Below, one piece after another: positions 34,596 to 48,252 of a DNA stretch of 64,000 nt. Within the stretch, counting starts at the first letter, position 1. Each line of letters starts with the position of its first letter. The DNA comes from Takakia lepidozioides. Taxonomy: Eukaryota > Plantae > Bryophyta. The notes beneath the pieces were generated by a model. That model was given only the letters and a program-made list of their open reading frames with translations, was not told the origin of the DNA and searched no databases. The stretch is taken from assembly GCA_030704615.1 (NCBI GenBank), contig CM060732.1, positions 54,188,001-54,252,000 of the forward strand. The letters run 5' to 3'. The position numbers and the translations under genes are program-made.

Positions 34596-36540
34596 CATGC
34601 TTTTCTGGTTATATATGTAATATATGAGTATTTATATTTTGAAAAAACAGAGACTCTGACCACTAGAATGAATTAAAAAAAAACAAAAAAAAACAAAGTG
34701 CAGAAAGATTAAAAAAAAAGCACATCGGCTGGTATGTGCACAGTGTGTCGCCCTGGTGGTTTGGGGTTCAAACCCGTTGCCCTTATCCCGTGTGGGAGAT
34801 TGTTTGTGACGGTATGTCTGGGCGTTGATCGTCCTGTAGGTCTTATGGCCCATAAATGAAGGCGGGTGAATTTTTTTCCCTCCTCAAGGGCATGTGGTTT
34901 CCTTTAAGAAAAGAAAAAAAAGAAAAAAAATCAAAAGGGGCTTTTAGGGTTTACAAAAAGGTTAAAAAACGTAAAAAGTTGCCCATTACGATAGCGTGAA
35001 CAGACTTAGAGCGAGCGGGAGGGAGAGAGAGAGAGGGCTAGGACTTAGAGCGAGCGAGCGGGAGGAAGGGCAAACATGCATGGGAGGCCCGCAGTTGGAG
35101 CAACCTTCGCATCTGAAGCAAGCAACCCTAGAAACGCTAGGGTATGTGTGCGAGGAGGTTTCGGCTGGGAGCTCGCCGTTCTTGGGAGAGTCAGCTTTGT
35201 CTTAGCAGGCCGTGTTTCAATCTCTACCCGCTCGGCCCTGATTTTACAGCACGGAGCAGAGCTGGCATGAGTTTCTTAAAGATCCTTCATGATGGTGGGA
35301 CAACCGCAATCGCAAGGTGTGGCTTTTTCTTAATGTACGATGTGAAGAAGTTTGTCCATCCTGCAAATGTGGGTTGTTGGCTCTATTAGTACCATGATTT
35401 GGTATTCTTCCTGATGTTTACAAGGTTCTTGGGAGAGTTAGCTTGGTCTTAGCAGGCCGTGTTTCAATCTCTGCCCACTTAGCTGCACCGTGGTGGTTCT
35501 CACTGACCAATCCGACATTACCTAACTACAGACACAAGCAGCACACACAAGATGTCCTCTTGGGTTCATGGTCTGTCAAATCCTCCATGGGTCATGACAC
35601 AAGGTCGAGGACACTGTGGTGAGGGCACCTTCTTCTTCGACCTATTTCAGCCTATTTTGCCCTCTCATCAGACTCGGCCCTGAATTTGAATCATGGAGCA
35701 GAGCTGGCATGAGTTTTTTAAAGATCCTTCACGAGGGTGCAACAATCGCAATCGCAAGGTGTGGTTTTTCTTAATGTACGATGTGAAGAAGTTTGTCATC
35801 CTGCAAATGTGGGTTGTTGGGCGCTCCTGTTAGTACCATGATTTGATATTCTTCCTGAGGTTTACAAGGTTCTTGGGAGAATCAGCTTGGTCTTAGCAAG
35901 TCGTGTTTCAATGTCTGCCTGATCAGCTGCACCGTGGTGCAGGTTCTCATTGACAATCCGACATTACCTGACTACAGACACAAGCATCACACACAAGAGG
36001 TCCTTTTGTCGGTCAAATCCTCCATGGGTCATGACACAAGGTCAAGGCCAATGTGGTGAGGGCACCTTCTTCTTCGACCTATTTCAGCCTGTTTTGCCTT
36101 CTCATCAGACTCGGCCTTGAGATGCATATTGAATTTTGTAAGTTAGCTCATTGCTCGTTGATAAGTAGGGTTGGGGGTGTTTGCTGGAACAATTCTAGGC
36201 TGTCATTGTCAGCTGCTAGCAGGAAGGCAAGGATGTATGCATGATTTTGTGCAGAGGCATAGATAGCTGAAGGAGCAGGGATAGAGTGTGGGCCCATATT
36301 CGTCCAAGAGGGCCGGATTTCAAGCTCCATTATTTCAGTGTCATCCATTCAGCCAGGGATTTCCTGTTGACATTGCCAAGGCTTTACTCGCAACATGATG
36401 CTTGTAAAGCTTCATTAGCTTGAATGTTGATTATACTTAAATTATTAGGTTTGTAAAGCCAGTTTTGAAATTTTCATGGTAATCAGCTCTCTTGAAAATC
36501 GGTAGGTTGCAAGCCATTTACAGCGGGCCGTGGGTGGACT
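34254..36540 (-). repeat. Inverted duplication copy 2, first segment (corresponds to ~8235-10328)
   Basis: Reverse-complement match, with mirrored ORF peptides. Confidence 0.88.
34720..34891 (+). repeat. tRNA-derived SINE-like repeat
   Basis: B box GGTTCAAACCC; homologous to 33897-34080. Confidence 0.55.
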
Positions 36541-39500
36541 GGTTTTAGTCATGGTTTTAGTCATGGTTAACTAGAATTACCTACTTCTAGTTAACTAGGA
36601 TATTTTGGATATTTATATTTGTATTTTGTGTGTTGGGACTTCATTTGGTCTCATATGCCAAGTGAGGTGTCAAACCTCACTTGGGACATGGGGATGGGTT
36701 TTCCCCTTGTGAGTGTTGAGGAGGGCTCATCTTTTTGTAGTTAAGCGTCCATGAGCCTCCCCCACCTCCATAGCTCTATGTATTGAGAAGGAGTGTGGTG
36801 AGGGCTTTGTAGGGTGGATTCCTTTAGCAAAGGTGCCCTTGGCTTGACTTGGTTTATGTGATTGAGTGGATTCATGAGTGGAGTGTTTCCATTGTGTGTT
36901 CACTTCCATTATCACTGCAAGAAGATCATCTTATGCTTGTGAGTGTGGAGTGTAAGGATTAGCTTTAGCACTTGTGTTGGTGTACACCAAGGAGTGAGAG
37001 AGCTAAGAAAGCTCAAGTATCTCACAAGGCTTGGAAGGTATTGCAATGAGGAGTGTTTTTGCATTGCATCAAAGAGGTGGAGAGCTCAAGGAGAGAGCTC
37101 TTGAGTTACAAGACTTTGTAGAGGTAGAGAGCTTAAGGAGAGAGTTCTTATATCACAAAGCTTGCATGGTTTTGCAAGGTAAGTGCTTGTATGTGCATTA
37201 AGGGTTTGAGAGCTTGGAAAAGAGCTCTTGCATCACAAGAGAAGCGTCTTATGTGTGGCAAAGATAAACATTAGGGTTTCAAGAGCAAGCTCTAGTACTT
37301 GTTCATGGTGTGAAAGAGAAGCCAAAGAGCGGCACATGCTTGGGTTGGAAACACCATAGAAGGAGTACAACAAGGGTAGCTTGAGGAGCATTGAGTAGCT
37401 CAAGAGAAGCTGAGAAGTGGTTGTTCTATCCATGGTGAAATGAAGCCAAGTGGGGTTTCATTTGGTTGACAAACAAGCAAGCGAAGGCGGCGCTAGAAGG
37501 GAGTGCTTTTGCTAGTTCTATGAGTTATTGGATTGTTCTTGGTCAAGCAAGTGATTGACCAAGCAAGTGGCGCATGTGTGGATCATGCTTTCCAAGTGTG
37601 GCTTCCAATTCAAGCTTGAGGAGAGCTAGAAGGTGAAGTGAGCAAGTTCATTCCTTGTGTATGAGGTGGTGCATGTTGTGGAAGAAAAACCAAGAAGCTA
37701 CATAAGCTAGGGCTTGAAGACAACAAAAGCAACCACTTGGAGAGCATCAAGAAGCTCAAGATGACTCCAAAGGGAAGCATGTGGGTGAGAATTCTATCTA
37801 TGATGATGTGAAACCAAGCCTAGAGTATTGAAGAGCTTGGAGCACATGTGGGAGATCATTGGAGGTGGTCTTCATAAAGAAAGGAGATTGTGGCTCATGA
37901 CATGCATAGCAACTTCAACCATACATTAGCATGTGACAAGACAAGGAAGGGGAAGGTGAAGCTCATGTATTCATTCCCTTTTTGCTTAAGTTTTGTGGTG
38001 GATGGTTGATCAAGCAAGTGATGCTTATGTGGAGCATGCTCTTTAGGGCTTGTGACTTCAAGTTTGAGAAGATGAGCTCTTGAATAGAAGTGTGGATACA
38101 TATTATGACATGAATGAAGAGAACACCTAGGTCAAGAGGTGGAAGTGTGTGTGACTAGCCCATGCAAGGGAAAGCACATGAAAGATGGCATACAAAATTC
38201 AAATTCAAGCAAGGCTTGGCGCTTGTCATTAGGCACATTAGCGTGCTATGAGTTCTTTTTGTGAACAATGTATGGATACGAGTGGAGAGACTTTGCCTAC
38301 CATACGTTTTCATTAAAAGAGTATGACAACTAGGGTGTATGTGGAGGAGTATTGCCTTTGGAGGATCTTTGGGGGGTCCTTTGAGGAGCTTTTGTAAGAC
38401 ACTTGAAGAGCTCTTGAAGGGGTGTTTGGAGGACTGTTTGGAGGACTATTGGGGGACCTTGAAGACCAATATTTGGCAAACATTGGGAGCCTTTGGAGGG
38501 CTATTTGGAGGACTACTTTGGGTTCCTTGGAGGCTAATATTTGGCGAGCTTAAGGAGTCTTTGGCAATTTGTCTAAAGGACTTTTTGGGGTCCTTGAGGG
38601 CCAACATTTGGCAGGCTTTGGGGGCCTTAGTGAGATTGTTTGAGATACATCTTGAGGGCTCTTGGAGAGTTTTTTGAGAGACCCTGGAAGGTAGTTATGT
38701 CTGTTGGTCATGAACAAGAGCGTTTAGAGATAGGGGGGGACTGTGGGATGAGAGCATCTGGGATTAGGAATTGTTTTAGTTTCTCTTCCCCGTAGTCTTC
38801 CACCCTCTATGTAGGCCAAAACCTTTCCGTAGGTGGAGGCAAGAGTCAGTCTAGGTTTGGGCCGGGGTGTCCTTGCAGGAGCGACATTGAGGAGTGTTTT
38901 TTTTCTGGTCTGGGGGAGTTACTGTTTTGATTTTCTTGAGTTTGGATCCCCCCCACACCTATATGCTTGACTGTGCGCCATGTCAATTTTGTGTGGGCGC
39001 TTGTTTTCATAGTAGGTTGGTTCGGATTTGATCACCGGCCAATCCTAGAGCATGCTGTCGGTGGTGAGGCTGGGGTGATGACCAGTCAGACCATCATTGT
39101 TTCTCTTTTGGTGAGGCTAGGTTGATGACCAGCAGACCCTATGAGTGCTTGCGGTGGATGCAGGTGCAGGTTTATATTACAAACCTAGTAGTCTAAGCCA
39201 TAAGCTGTAACATGTTCTCTACCCGGTTACCTTGTGGAAAAGGGGATTAGAGACAGGTTTACAACAAGTGTGGTTGTGAGTTTTCATCACGGAGGTGCCA
39301 CCAGTTGCTGAGGAGAGTGCCGGTACGAGCACCAGGGATACTAGTGGGTATAGAAGACGAGGTGTGCGGTTTAGGCCACCTTCACCTTCAGTGTCTTCTG
39401 AGGAAGGTTCAGACTCAAAGTTAGGAGGATTCTTGCCGAGGGTGCAAGCCACTTCCGTGCCATTGTTGTGGGATACGATGGAGGAAATGTATGGAGCTAC

Positions 39501-42500
39501 CAAGGGGCCACGTTGGTACTCTGGAGCTGTGGGCACCATTGAGCTTGATGATTTCATACAAGAGTTTGATAGTTGGTGTGATTTGCAGCAGATGCGCAAT
39601 CCACAACTGTTTACGCCTTTTATGGCGTGGAAGGGGCTGTTTCAGCACCTTGAGGGGCTGCCCATGGATGACTACCATGAGTTTAGGCGGGGACATGAGG
39701 TGGAGATTGAGGAATGGCGGGTGTATTGGTCACCTGACTATATCTCCATCACTAGAGGCACAAGCGCAGTGGTGACACCGGTAGCTGCACTGGCAGCTTC
39801 TGTAAGCAGTAGTGGGATGTCAAGTGGAATAGAAGCTGGGAAGTCCACCCAAGCTCCTGCTGCAGTACCAACACTTGTGTCTGCCTTTAACCCAGTTGTG
39901 GAGTTCTTTGAGGAGTTAAGGATAAACTACCAAGGGACAAGGACGGAGAATTTCCGGAGTTTGCAAGAGTTCCAACGAAAGCCTGTCGAGAGTTTAAGGG
40001 AGGCTTACACGCGCATGAGGCGCTTGATAAACGTAACCCAAGGGGTTACAAAAGCTCAGGTAGTCCAGTTCTGGTATGGGATCGTGGACAAGAAGCTGAG
40101 GAGAAGGGTGCGGGATGCAACTCACCTACAAGTGGACCAACCCACCTTAGCAAATGTGTTTTTGTTGGCAAAGCGGATAGAGCTCAATATGGTGGAGGAA
40201 CGAATGGTCATGGTGGGGTTTGGTCAGGAGACGCAACAAAATGGGGCTCCTAGCCAACAACAACCACTACCCCAATGTGCTCAAGGCAACAAGGGGGCTC
40301 AGGCGAAGCCCAGGGCAGGGCCGAGAGGATCTCAATTGCAGAGGTCACTTCCTTCATTCTCAGGCCAGCAACAGTCGGGTGTGACATGTTGGGATTGTGG
40401 AGGACCCCATGTTAAGAGAGATTGCCCGGAAAGAGGCAAAGGGCTGGCACAAGCACAGCCTACACAACTACAATGTGGGCATTTGTGGCAAGTATGGGCA
40501 TGAAGAGGCCCATTGTTATGACTTGCATCCTGAGCTACGGCCAGGCCAGTTCCAAGGGAACAATGGTGGCCGAGGACGAGGCAATGTAGTCAAGAGAGGT
40601 AGAGGAGGCAGAGGTCGGGGTGGAGGACGTAACCAAAACCAAGGAGCACAGGGTCAGGGTCAAGGTCATGACCAAGGCATGGTGGATAGACTTGCCCAGC
40701 TAGAGCAACGTCTTGCTGCCATGGCCACTACTCATGTTACGCCAGCTCCAAGGCTTGAGGTTCAAGCCCCACCTGCACAATCTCCTATGCCTAGGGAAGA
40801 CCAGATTGGTATGGGCTTCATGTGTGGAGCCGCACTTGCAGGACCATTGCATGTGAACTCTGCAGCTGCTGTCACTCGAGCAGCAACGCGTGCTTCTGAG
40901 CCAAGAGGAGCAGATGTGGATTTTGATCCACAAAGAGGGGAAGCAAGTCGACAGACAAGGCTTCCACAATGTTTCACATTGGCTGAGACTGTGCCAACTA
41001 TGCCATCGATGGCACCCGCTCGCCCAAGTGTGTCAGAAGTAGAGCCACGAGTGTCATTGGGGAGAGTTGGTGTGGCTCGGGAATTGCCAGTGGGTGGTGC
41101 AGCAAAGCAAGGTGCAGCCAGTGCATTGTTGGGGGCGGCCACGGCAATTTGCTAAGCTCCATTGTTTTCTGCCACGATAATTGCAATGTCGGGGATGCGG
41201 CCAGCTGCAGTATTTAGACTAGCAGCTTCACTCTGTGAGAGTGGTGATGCATCGGCACTATATGCGGGGATAGCGGATCAGGTGCAGTGTATGGATGCCT
41301 TGGATTCAAGGGTGAAAATAGCCACAACTGCGCCATGGCAAGCGGCAGCTGCAAGGTTGCAGGAGTTGCCAGCTAGACCAGCCATTAAGCGTAGTATGGT
41401 GACTCCTGAGGTAGTCCTGGTGGACAATCAGGATGGTGTGTTTCAGTTGGGTGGCCCAACCAGGAGGAGGTATAGGCCACTGCGGGTCTTGTTGGACTCG
41501 GGAGCACTACCATTGATATTGGGGAGAGCAGCAATTGCAGGCTTGGGCCTTACAGAGGCGGATTTGGAGCCTTGTCCTTTCCAAATTCAAACATCTTTGG
41601 GTGGTTTAGAGAATGCACGAGGGATTACACGCCATGAGCTCTTCATTCGATTGCAGCCAGATCATCCTACAGATGGCTCTGTCATGAGAGCTAAAGCCAT
41701 TGTAAAGGACGCGATATGTTATGATGTGCTTGTTGGTGGGGCTGTGTTATACTTGATGGGCTTTACTTTGGACTTTTGGGAGGAAACAACATCCTACAGG
41801 CGGGAATGGCAGTCAGGGGATGATCGACGTGCACTGCTCCCAGTGCGGTTTATTGGGAATGTAGCGGTGGATCATAGGAACATGATGCCCACATTTTTCT
41901 CAGGGGTTGTGGCTTGGGGTTGTGAGCTCTTGGAGGGCAATAGCCATGCAGATGATAGGCCACCACCTGATGAGGACAAACAATTGGCATACAAGGCTGA
42001 TTTGCTTCCTCATGTATCTGTTCATATTCCACTGTGGGATACAGTTCGAGTAGCAGGCGAGTGTGTGCACCAAGCATGGCAGGAGGCATATCCATTGGTG
42101 AGTGAGGGGAGTTCAGTGACATCACCTGGACTTCCTCAGTTAGCTCCTTTGGATACAATGCCCATTACCTAGCAACCACCTGACTCAGGGATTTGTTTGC
42201 TAGACCTGTTTGGAGGCATCAGCACTGGGCTTGCAGGAGTGTTGCAAACTGGGATTAAAGTACGCAAGTACTTGTATGTGGAGAAAGATGAGATAGCTCG
42301 GCATATTTCTATGTGCCACATTGCCTTGCTCACACACCGGTACCCTGAGTTGTTGTCTCTCTCAGCAATTCAAGGGTATCAAAAGGCCTTGCCAGCAGAC
42401 ATTACCTTGCTGGAGGCGGATGATTTGGACCAGCATGGTGCCATTGACTTGGTGATAGTTGGATGGTCTTGCCAATGACACTCTCCCGTAGGTCATGGGA

Positions 42501-45500
42501 ACCGCTTGCATGATGCACGATCGCATTTGTTTTGGGAGATGTTGAGAGTGTTGCGTGACTTGCAGACGAGGCAAGTGCAACCTCTAGCCTATATCTTGGG
42601 GAATGTTCCTCTTATGGGGGGCTCTCGGGCCAGGGTTATGGCCAGTGTGCATCAGGTGCGGTCTTGGATTGGATCGGCGGTGCTATTGGATGCAGCAGTG
42701 GTGGGATCATGAGCGCATCGACCTCGATTGTGGTGGACCAATTTTGCACCACCAGAGCTACTCAAGAGAGCATACAATTCCATTCAATGGCCACCCAATC
42801 TCACAGTTGAGAGCATTTTGGACCAAGGGAGGCAACCACAGAGGGTGCGACATGATGACCGTCCACCTCTAGCAGTGATAAATCGAGTGGGGCAGCCACG
42901 TGCGGCCTTGCCTACGCTCATGAGCTTTCCCTCGTCTCATGTTTTTCGAGACAATGGTCCTGGGTTGATTTGGGACAGTGTGCTACAGCAATTGGTAAAG
43001 CCCAATGCAGATGAGCAAGAGTGGGCAATGGGATTTGCCACGGGCACTACAGCTGTGCCAGCTCTATCAGAGGCATCACGCCGACATGTGTTGGGTCAAG
43101 CAATGGATCTAAATTGCTTGACATGGGTCATTGGCTTGTGCATGGCTAAGCAACAGAGGTTGCAGATAGTGGTGGCTACTTCTGCACTCCCATTTGGTAT
43201 TGTATCCCCTCTGCCAACCGGGACGGTTGAGGCAGTGAGTGGGGGCGAGCACATGATCATGGGGTGCAAACACCCATGGCAGATGTAGGATGAGATGCGG
43301 AAAAAGAGAGTCCTTGGATCTCTCAAGCAGCAATATGAGGAGTGGGGAGAGCCATATACTGAGGATCAGTTAGTGACCAAGGTGACCAATGTTTTTGAAG
43401 AGGTTGAGAATGTTTCTTCCCCAGAGGATGTTCTCAAGGTGGTTATGGCAGAGCAAGTGGAGGCTACGCCACAGTCAGATTGGGCGGACAAGGCCCAAGA
43501 GGTTGCTATCTAGCAACCAAAGGATTTGTCTCCTACCCCCAAGCCTGATGTACCCAAGGTTGCAGTCACTAAGGACAATTGGTAACCAGATGTTGGACCT
43601 ACAGTCACCGGAGGAGAGAGACGGAGGATCCAGCGATTTCTAAGGGCTTATAGAAATTGCTTTGCCTTCGGTTTAAAGGATTTGGGGAGTTTGAAGGGTC
43701 AGGAGATTCGTATTGATTTGGCAAGTGATACGCCAATCTTTTGAAGGCCCTACCGGTATAGTGACATGGAGAGGTCATTGATCTAGTCACGGACTATGGA
43801 GTTGTTCGAAGCTGGATTGGTGGAGTTGTCAGGCGGGGAGTATGCCTCGGCAACGGTGATGCTAGCTAAGAAGGATATCTATGGCAATTGGACAGAAAGA
43901 AGGATGTGTGGGGACTATCGTCCTGTGAACCGTCAGACTAAGTCCGATAGATATGCCATGCCAACTCCAAAGGAAATCTTTGATGCCATTGGGCATGCGA
44001 AGGTGTTTAGTATATTGGACTTGCGATCCAGTTACCACCAGTTGCCAATCAAAGAGGCTGACAAGCAAAAGATGGCATTCTGGGGGATTGACCAACATGG
44101 GAAGGATTCCTTGTACCAATGGCGCTTCCTACCGTTTGGGTCGAAGAATGCTCCTGCAGAGTTTCAGAGGGTTATGGATAGGATTCTCGCGGGGCTAGAC
44201 TTTGCCCGGTGTTACATTGATGACATCATCGTCTTTAGTGCTACGGTTTAGGAGCATGAGAGACACCTTCAGGTGGAGTTTGAGCGCTTGAGAGCGCATG
44301 GGTTGAAATTGCACCCTGGGAAGTGCAAGTTCTTCCACAACCAGATTGAGTATCTGGGCCACATGATATACCCTAGAGGATTGGGTGTTCAAAAGACAAA
44401 GGTGAAGGCCATTGCACGCATTCCACGCCCCATAGATGTTAGCAGAGTTCGTGCTTTCATGGGGTTGACAAACTACTATCGACGGTTTGTCAAGGGATTT
44501 AGCAGCATTACAAAGGCTCTTACTAAGTTGACCAAGGTGGGTCAGGAGTGGCAGTGGGAGGAGGAGCAGGAGGAAGCCTTTGAGGAACTCAAGGCTCGAT
44601 TGACTTCTGCACATATTCTGAGGCGGCCTATTCGGGGGCGGCCTTTCCAGCTACATACGGATTGGAGTATGCTGGGGATTGGAGTAGTGCTCACACAGAT
44701 GGATGGTGAGGGAAGAGAGTTCGTAGTGGCATATGCTAGCCGCTCAAACAATGATGCTGAGGCAAAGTATAGTTCCTATGAAGGGGAGTGTCTAGCTGCG
44801 GTATGGGCAGTGCCACATTTCAGATGCTACCTCTATGTCAATCTCTTCACCCTTATCATGGATCACCAACCATTGAAGTGGTTGAAGGAATCAGACAAGC
44901 TTACAAGGAAGCTTGCACGGTGGGCACTTATGCTTCAAGAATACGACTTTCAGGTGGTGCATCGAGCCGGTATTGTCAATCGGGATGCAGATGGATTGAG
45001 TCGTAATCCATGCACGAGCGAGCATGATGATACTGGAGCTTGGTGGCATGGTAAGACAGATGAGGAGATGGTGCCAGGATGGCATGCATCTGCCTTTTTG
45101 TGCATCCTAGCAATGGGAGCTCAAGCTGGTCCATCCCATAGCATTGGTCATGTAGATGGTATGCATGACGATCCGGAGATCAGTGAGGAGCTTGGTGGTG
45201 CTAAGGATGTGCATGAAGATGCAGCAGTGTTGGCCTACCTTCGTACTAGAGAGACAACAGCCAATGTGACTGCTAAGGAGAGAGATCGGATCCTACAAAA
45301 AGCCAAGAGGTTCAAGTGGGAGGGGACTCACCTACTCTGAGTATGGGAGGATGGACGAGTGAGGATTGTGCCTCATCCAACACAACGAGCGCGATTGGTA
45401 CGCCATGCCCATGAGGAGTTGGGACATTTTGGGGTGCGGCGCACTCATAGTTTGCTGCAAGGACAGTACTGGTGGCGGGGCATGCACACGGATGTGCAAT

Positions 45501-47214
45501 AGTTAGTGGCAAGGTGCATGATGTGTGATAGAGTGCGAGCTTCTTTCAATGCACCTACTCCATAATTGCATCATTTACCCATTATGGGTTTGGGCTATCG
45601 TTGGAGTCTTAACTTCGCAGGCCCATTGCCATTAACGATTCGCTATAACAAGTATGTGCTGGTGATGGTGGAACATTTCTCCAAGTGGATTGAACTGGTG
45701 GCATTGCCTGACAAGGCAAGTGAGGGGGCTGCGTATGCATTTTTAGATCGAGTGCTTAGCCAATTTGGTGCTCCAGCCGAGGTACTCACGGACCAGGGGA
45801 GAGAGTTCTTGGGGGAGTTTCAGGCGTTGTGTGAGCAAGCCTTGATAGATCACCGCACTACTACTCGGGATCATCCCGAGGCTAATGACTTGGCAGAGAG
45901 GGTTGTACAAACACTCAAGCGAGGCTTGCGCAAGTATGGCTTGCAGAAGGGACACTTAGGAGATTGGGACTTTCAGCTACCTTGGTTGGCCATGGGCTAT
46001 AGATTTAGCAAACAAGCATCACTTGCCTCGTTCTTGCCTTATTTCCTTCTTTTTGGCCGAGAGCCAGATTTGCCTGCATCTATTCGCAGGGAGACTGCAG
46101 TAGTTCTCAACCTTGATGATCCGGATGTGTGGATACAAGCATGTGCCCAGCGGGGTCGTTAACCATGACTAAAACCATGACAGCTGTCGTGCACCTAAAC
46201 ATCGTGCCATAATATACATCGTTGTCCACCATACATTCTAAGCACACAATCCTAGAAACCTATGCCACAATCGCCCCCCTAGCTGGTGATTAGGTCCCTC
46301 CAACACCGGATAACTGACAAGTATCCATCTCAATAAAATCATCGCTTGGTCTTCAATCGCACATGTCCTAGTATCTAAAATCAATAGATCAAGAGGCTGG
46401 GTGCAAAAGTAGCCCCATCGTTACTCGCCTTCCTGCAATCCATGATCTTCAATTAAGTATCCATGGCGTTGAGCTCCCATCAGCTAGACCTTGGATCACT
46501 TGTCAATTCCACCATTGTCATGCCCACTACCTATGTCCAAGGCATCGTGGACACAACCATTCTCCACTAGGAACCTTCTCAAGTGGCGGTGTCAAGCATC
46601 CCATGTGCCACCCCCTTGAGCATTTGTCACACACCAACATGGTCGCGGCACCACCAGCATACCCACATAGCATGTAACGCAACCCTGTAGGGTACCACTG
46701 CAAGGTTGGGATGTATCCTCCCATCCACATGTGGAAGGTGACATGGCGCACAATTGCGCACATGGTCTTTCCATACCATGCCATCTCGAATTACCTACTT
46801 CTAGTTAACTAGGACATTTTGGATATTTATATTTGTATTTTGTGTGTTGGGACTTCATTTGGTCTCACATGCCAAATGAGGTGTCAAACCTCACTTGGGA
46901 CATGGGGATGGGTTTTCCCCTTGTGAGTGTTGAGGAGGGCTCATCTTCTTGTAGTTGAGCCTCCATGAGCCTCCCCCACCTCCATAGCTCTAGGTATTGA
47001 GAGGGAGTGTGGTGAGGGCTTTGTAGGGTGGATTCCTTTAGCTAAGGTGCCCTTGGCTTGACTTGATTTATGTGATTGAGTGGATTCATGAGTGGAGTGT
47101 TTCCATTGTGTGTTCACTTTCATTATCATTGTGGCATAGGTTTCTAGGATTGTGTGCTTAGAATGTATGGTGGACAACGATGTATGTTGTGGCACAATGC
47201 TTAGGTGCACGACA
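36541..47214 (+). mobile_element. DNMT/PHD Ty3/Gypsy element copy 2 (full domain set, many stops, internal inversion ~46159-46786)
   Basis: A1 ~36541-36914; gag from 39295; protease LLDSGA in 41162-42172; DNMT ~42190-43140; RT (YIDD) 43796-44251; RNase H 44273-45340; integrase 45566-46155; PHD, PPT and B1 inverted; rest of A2 to 47128; B2 47129-47214 ending GACA. Confidence 0.92.
39295..46786 (+). pseudogene. Disrupted Gag-PR-DNMT-RT-RH-INT-PHD polyprotein of copy 2
   Basis: Collinear with copy 3. DNMT motif IV reads GWSCQ* and motif VI reads GNV (inactivated). PHD part lies on the - strand (46527-46784). Confidence 0.88.
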
Positions 47215-47381
47215 TTAGGTTTGTAAGTGATTCAACACAACAAGAGCATTACGCGTGTCATAGTACAAGTTGTAAGAAAGCAAAAGATACATAGTTATAC
47301 AGTCAAACAGACAACTATCAATTTCTGTGGAATCTCTTGCCAATGGCAGGATGGGTTGGGAACAGCCAAGTCAGGAGGTGA

Positions 47382-47909
47382 ATGCCTGTCAAATTACCAC
47401 ATGTCCTTCTGAACATTGCACCTGCCCTACTGGACATGTATGCCAAATGTGGGTGCATCGAGGATGCCAAGGGAGTGTTCAACATTGTGGCTGAACGAGA
47501 TGTGGTGTCGTGGAATGCGATGCTTGCAGGGTATGCACAGCTGGGGCGCGGGATGGAAGCTCCAACCTTTGAGCAAATGATGGGGGAAGGGGTGAAGGCC
47601 GCCGACATAATGTTTGTGTGCGTTTGCAGTGTGTCTGGCAGCCCTGGAATAGGGCAAAGAGATCCCTAGTAACATCAACAAATCTGCAACTGTACCAGAT
47701 GTCATCCTGAACATTGTTGTGGTGGCCATGTATGCTAAATGTGGGAGCATTGAGGATGCCAAGGGAGTGTTCAACACTATGGCTGAACCAGATGTGGTGT
47801 CGTGGAATGCGATGCTTGCAGGGTGTGTAGAGCAGGAGTGCGGGATGGGGCTTTGGACACCTAAAAGGGTGAAGGTACCTTCTTCATCATATTTCACCCT
47901 GTTTTCCCT
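47382..47909 (+). pseudogene. PLS-class PPR fragment (inverted paralog of 7266-7910)
   Basis: ALLDMYAKCGCIEDAKGVF...DVVSWNAMLAGYAQLG and AMYAKCGSIEDA units; interrupted by element copy 3. Confidence 0.85.
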
Positions 47910-48236
47910 TGTCAAGTTATTTTACCACTAGTGTGAAACTAGCTAGGAAATAGCTAGCTTTTACATATTGACATTTGGGATTGGCCCAAGTGTCAATCCA
48001 GGGGTCAAGGCAGATTTAGGCCCTGGAGTGGTTATATTCACGGCAAGCGCGGGAGGCTCATCTTTCTCGAGTTGAGCCTCACCGCGCCTAGCTATGGCGC
48101 CGTAGTGTGGATTCCCCATGGCGTGGGGTGCACTTGGCTTGACTTGTATTTGAGTGATGAGGTTATATATGCATGAGTTTATGCTTCAGCTTTGTGAGCT
48201 CGCATGAGCTTGTGCTTGTATTCTTCTTCTTTATCA
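47910..48236 (+). repeat. Terminal repeat A1 (327 bp)
   Basis: Direct repeat of 59042-59368. Confidence 0.95.
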
Positions 48237-48252
48237 CTCGAGAAAGATGAGC
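48237..48252 (+). promoter_or_regulatory. Putative self-primer binding site
   Basis: CTCGAGAAAGATGAGC directly after A1 is the exact reverse complement of 48056-48071; no TGG-starting tRNA PBS. Confidence 0.7.
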
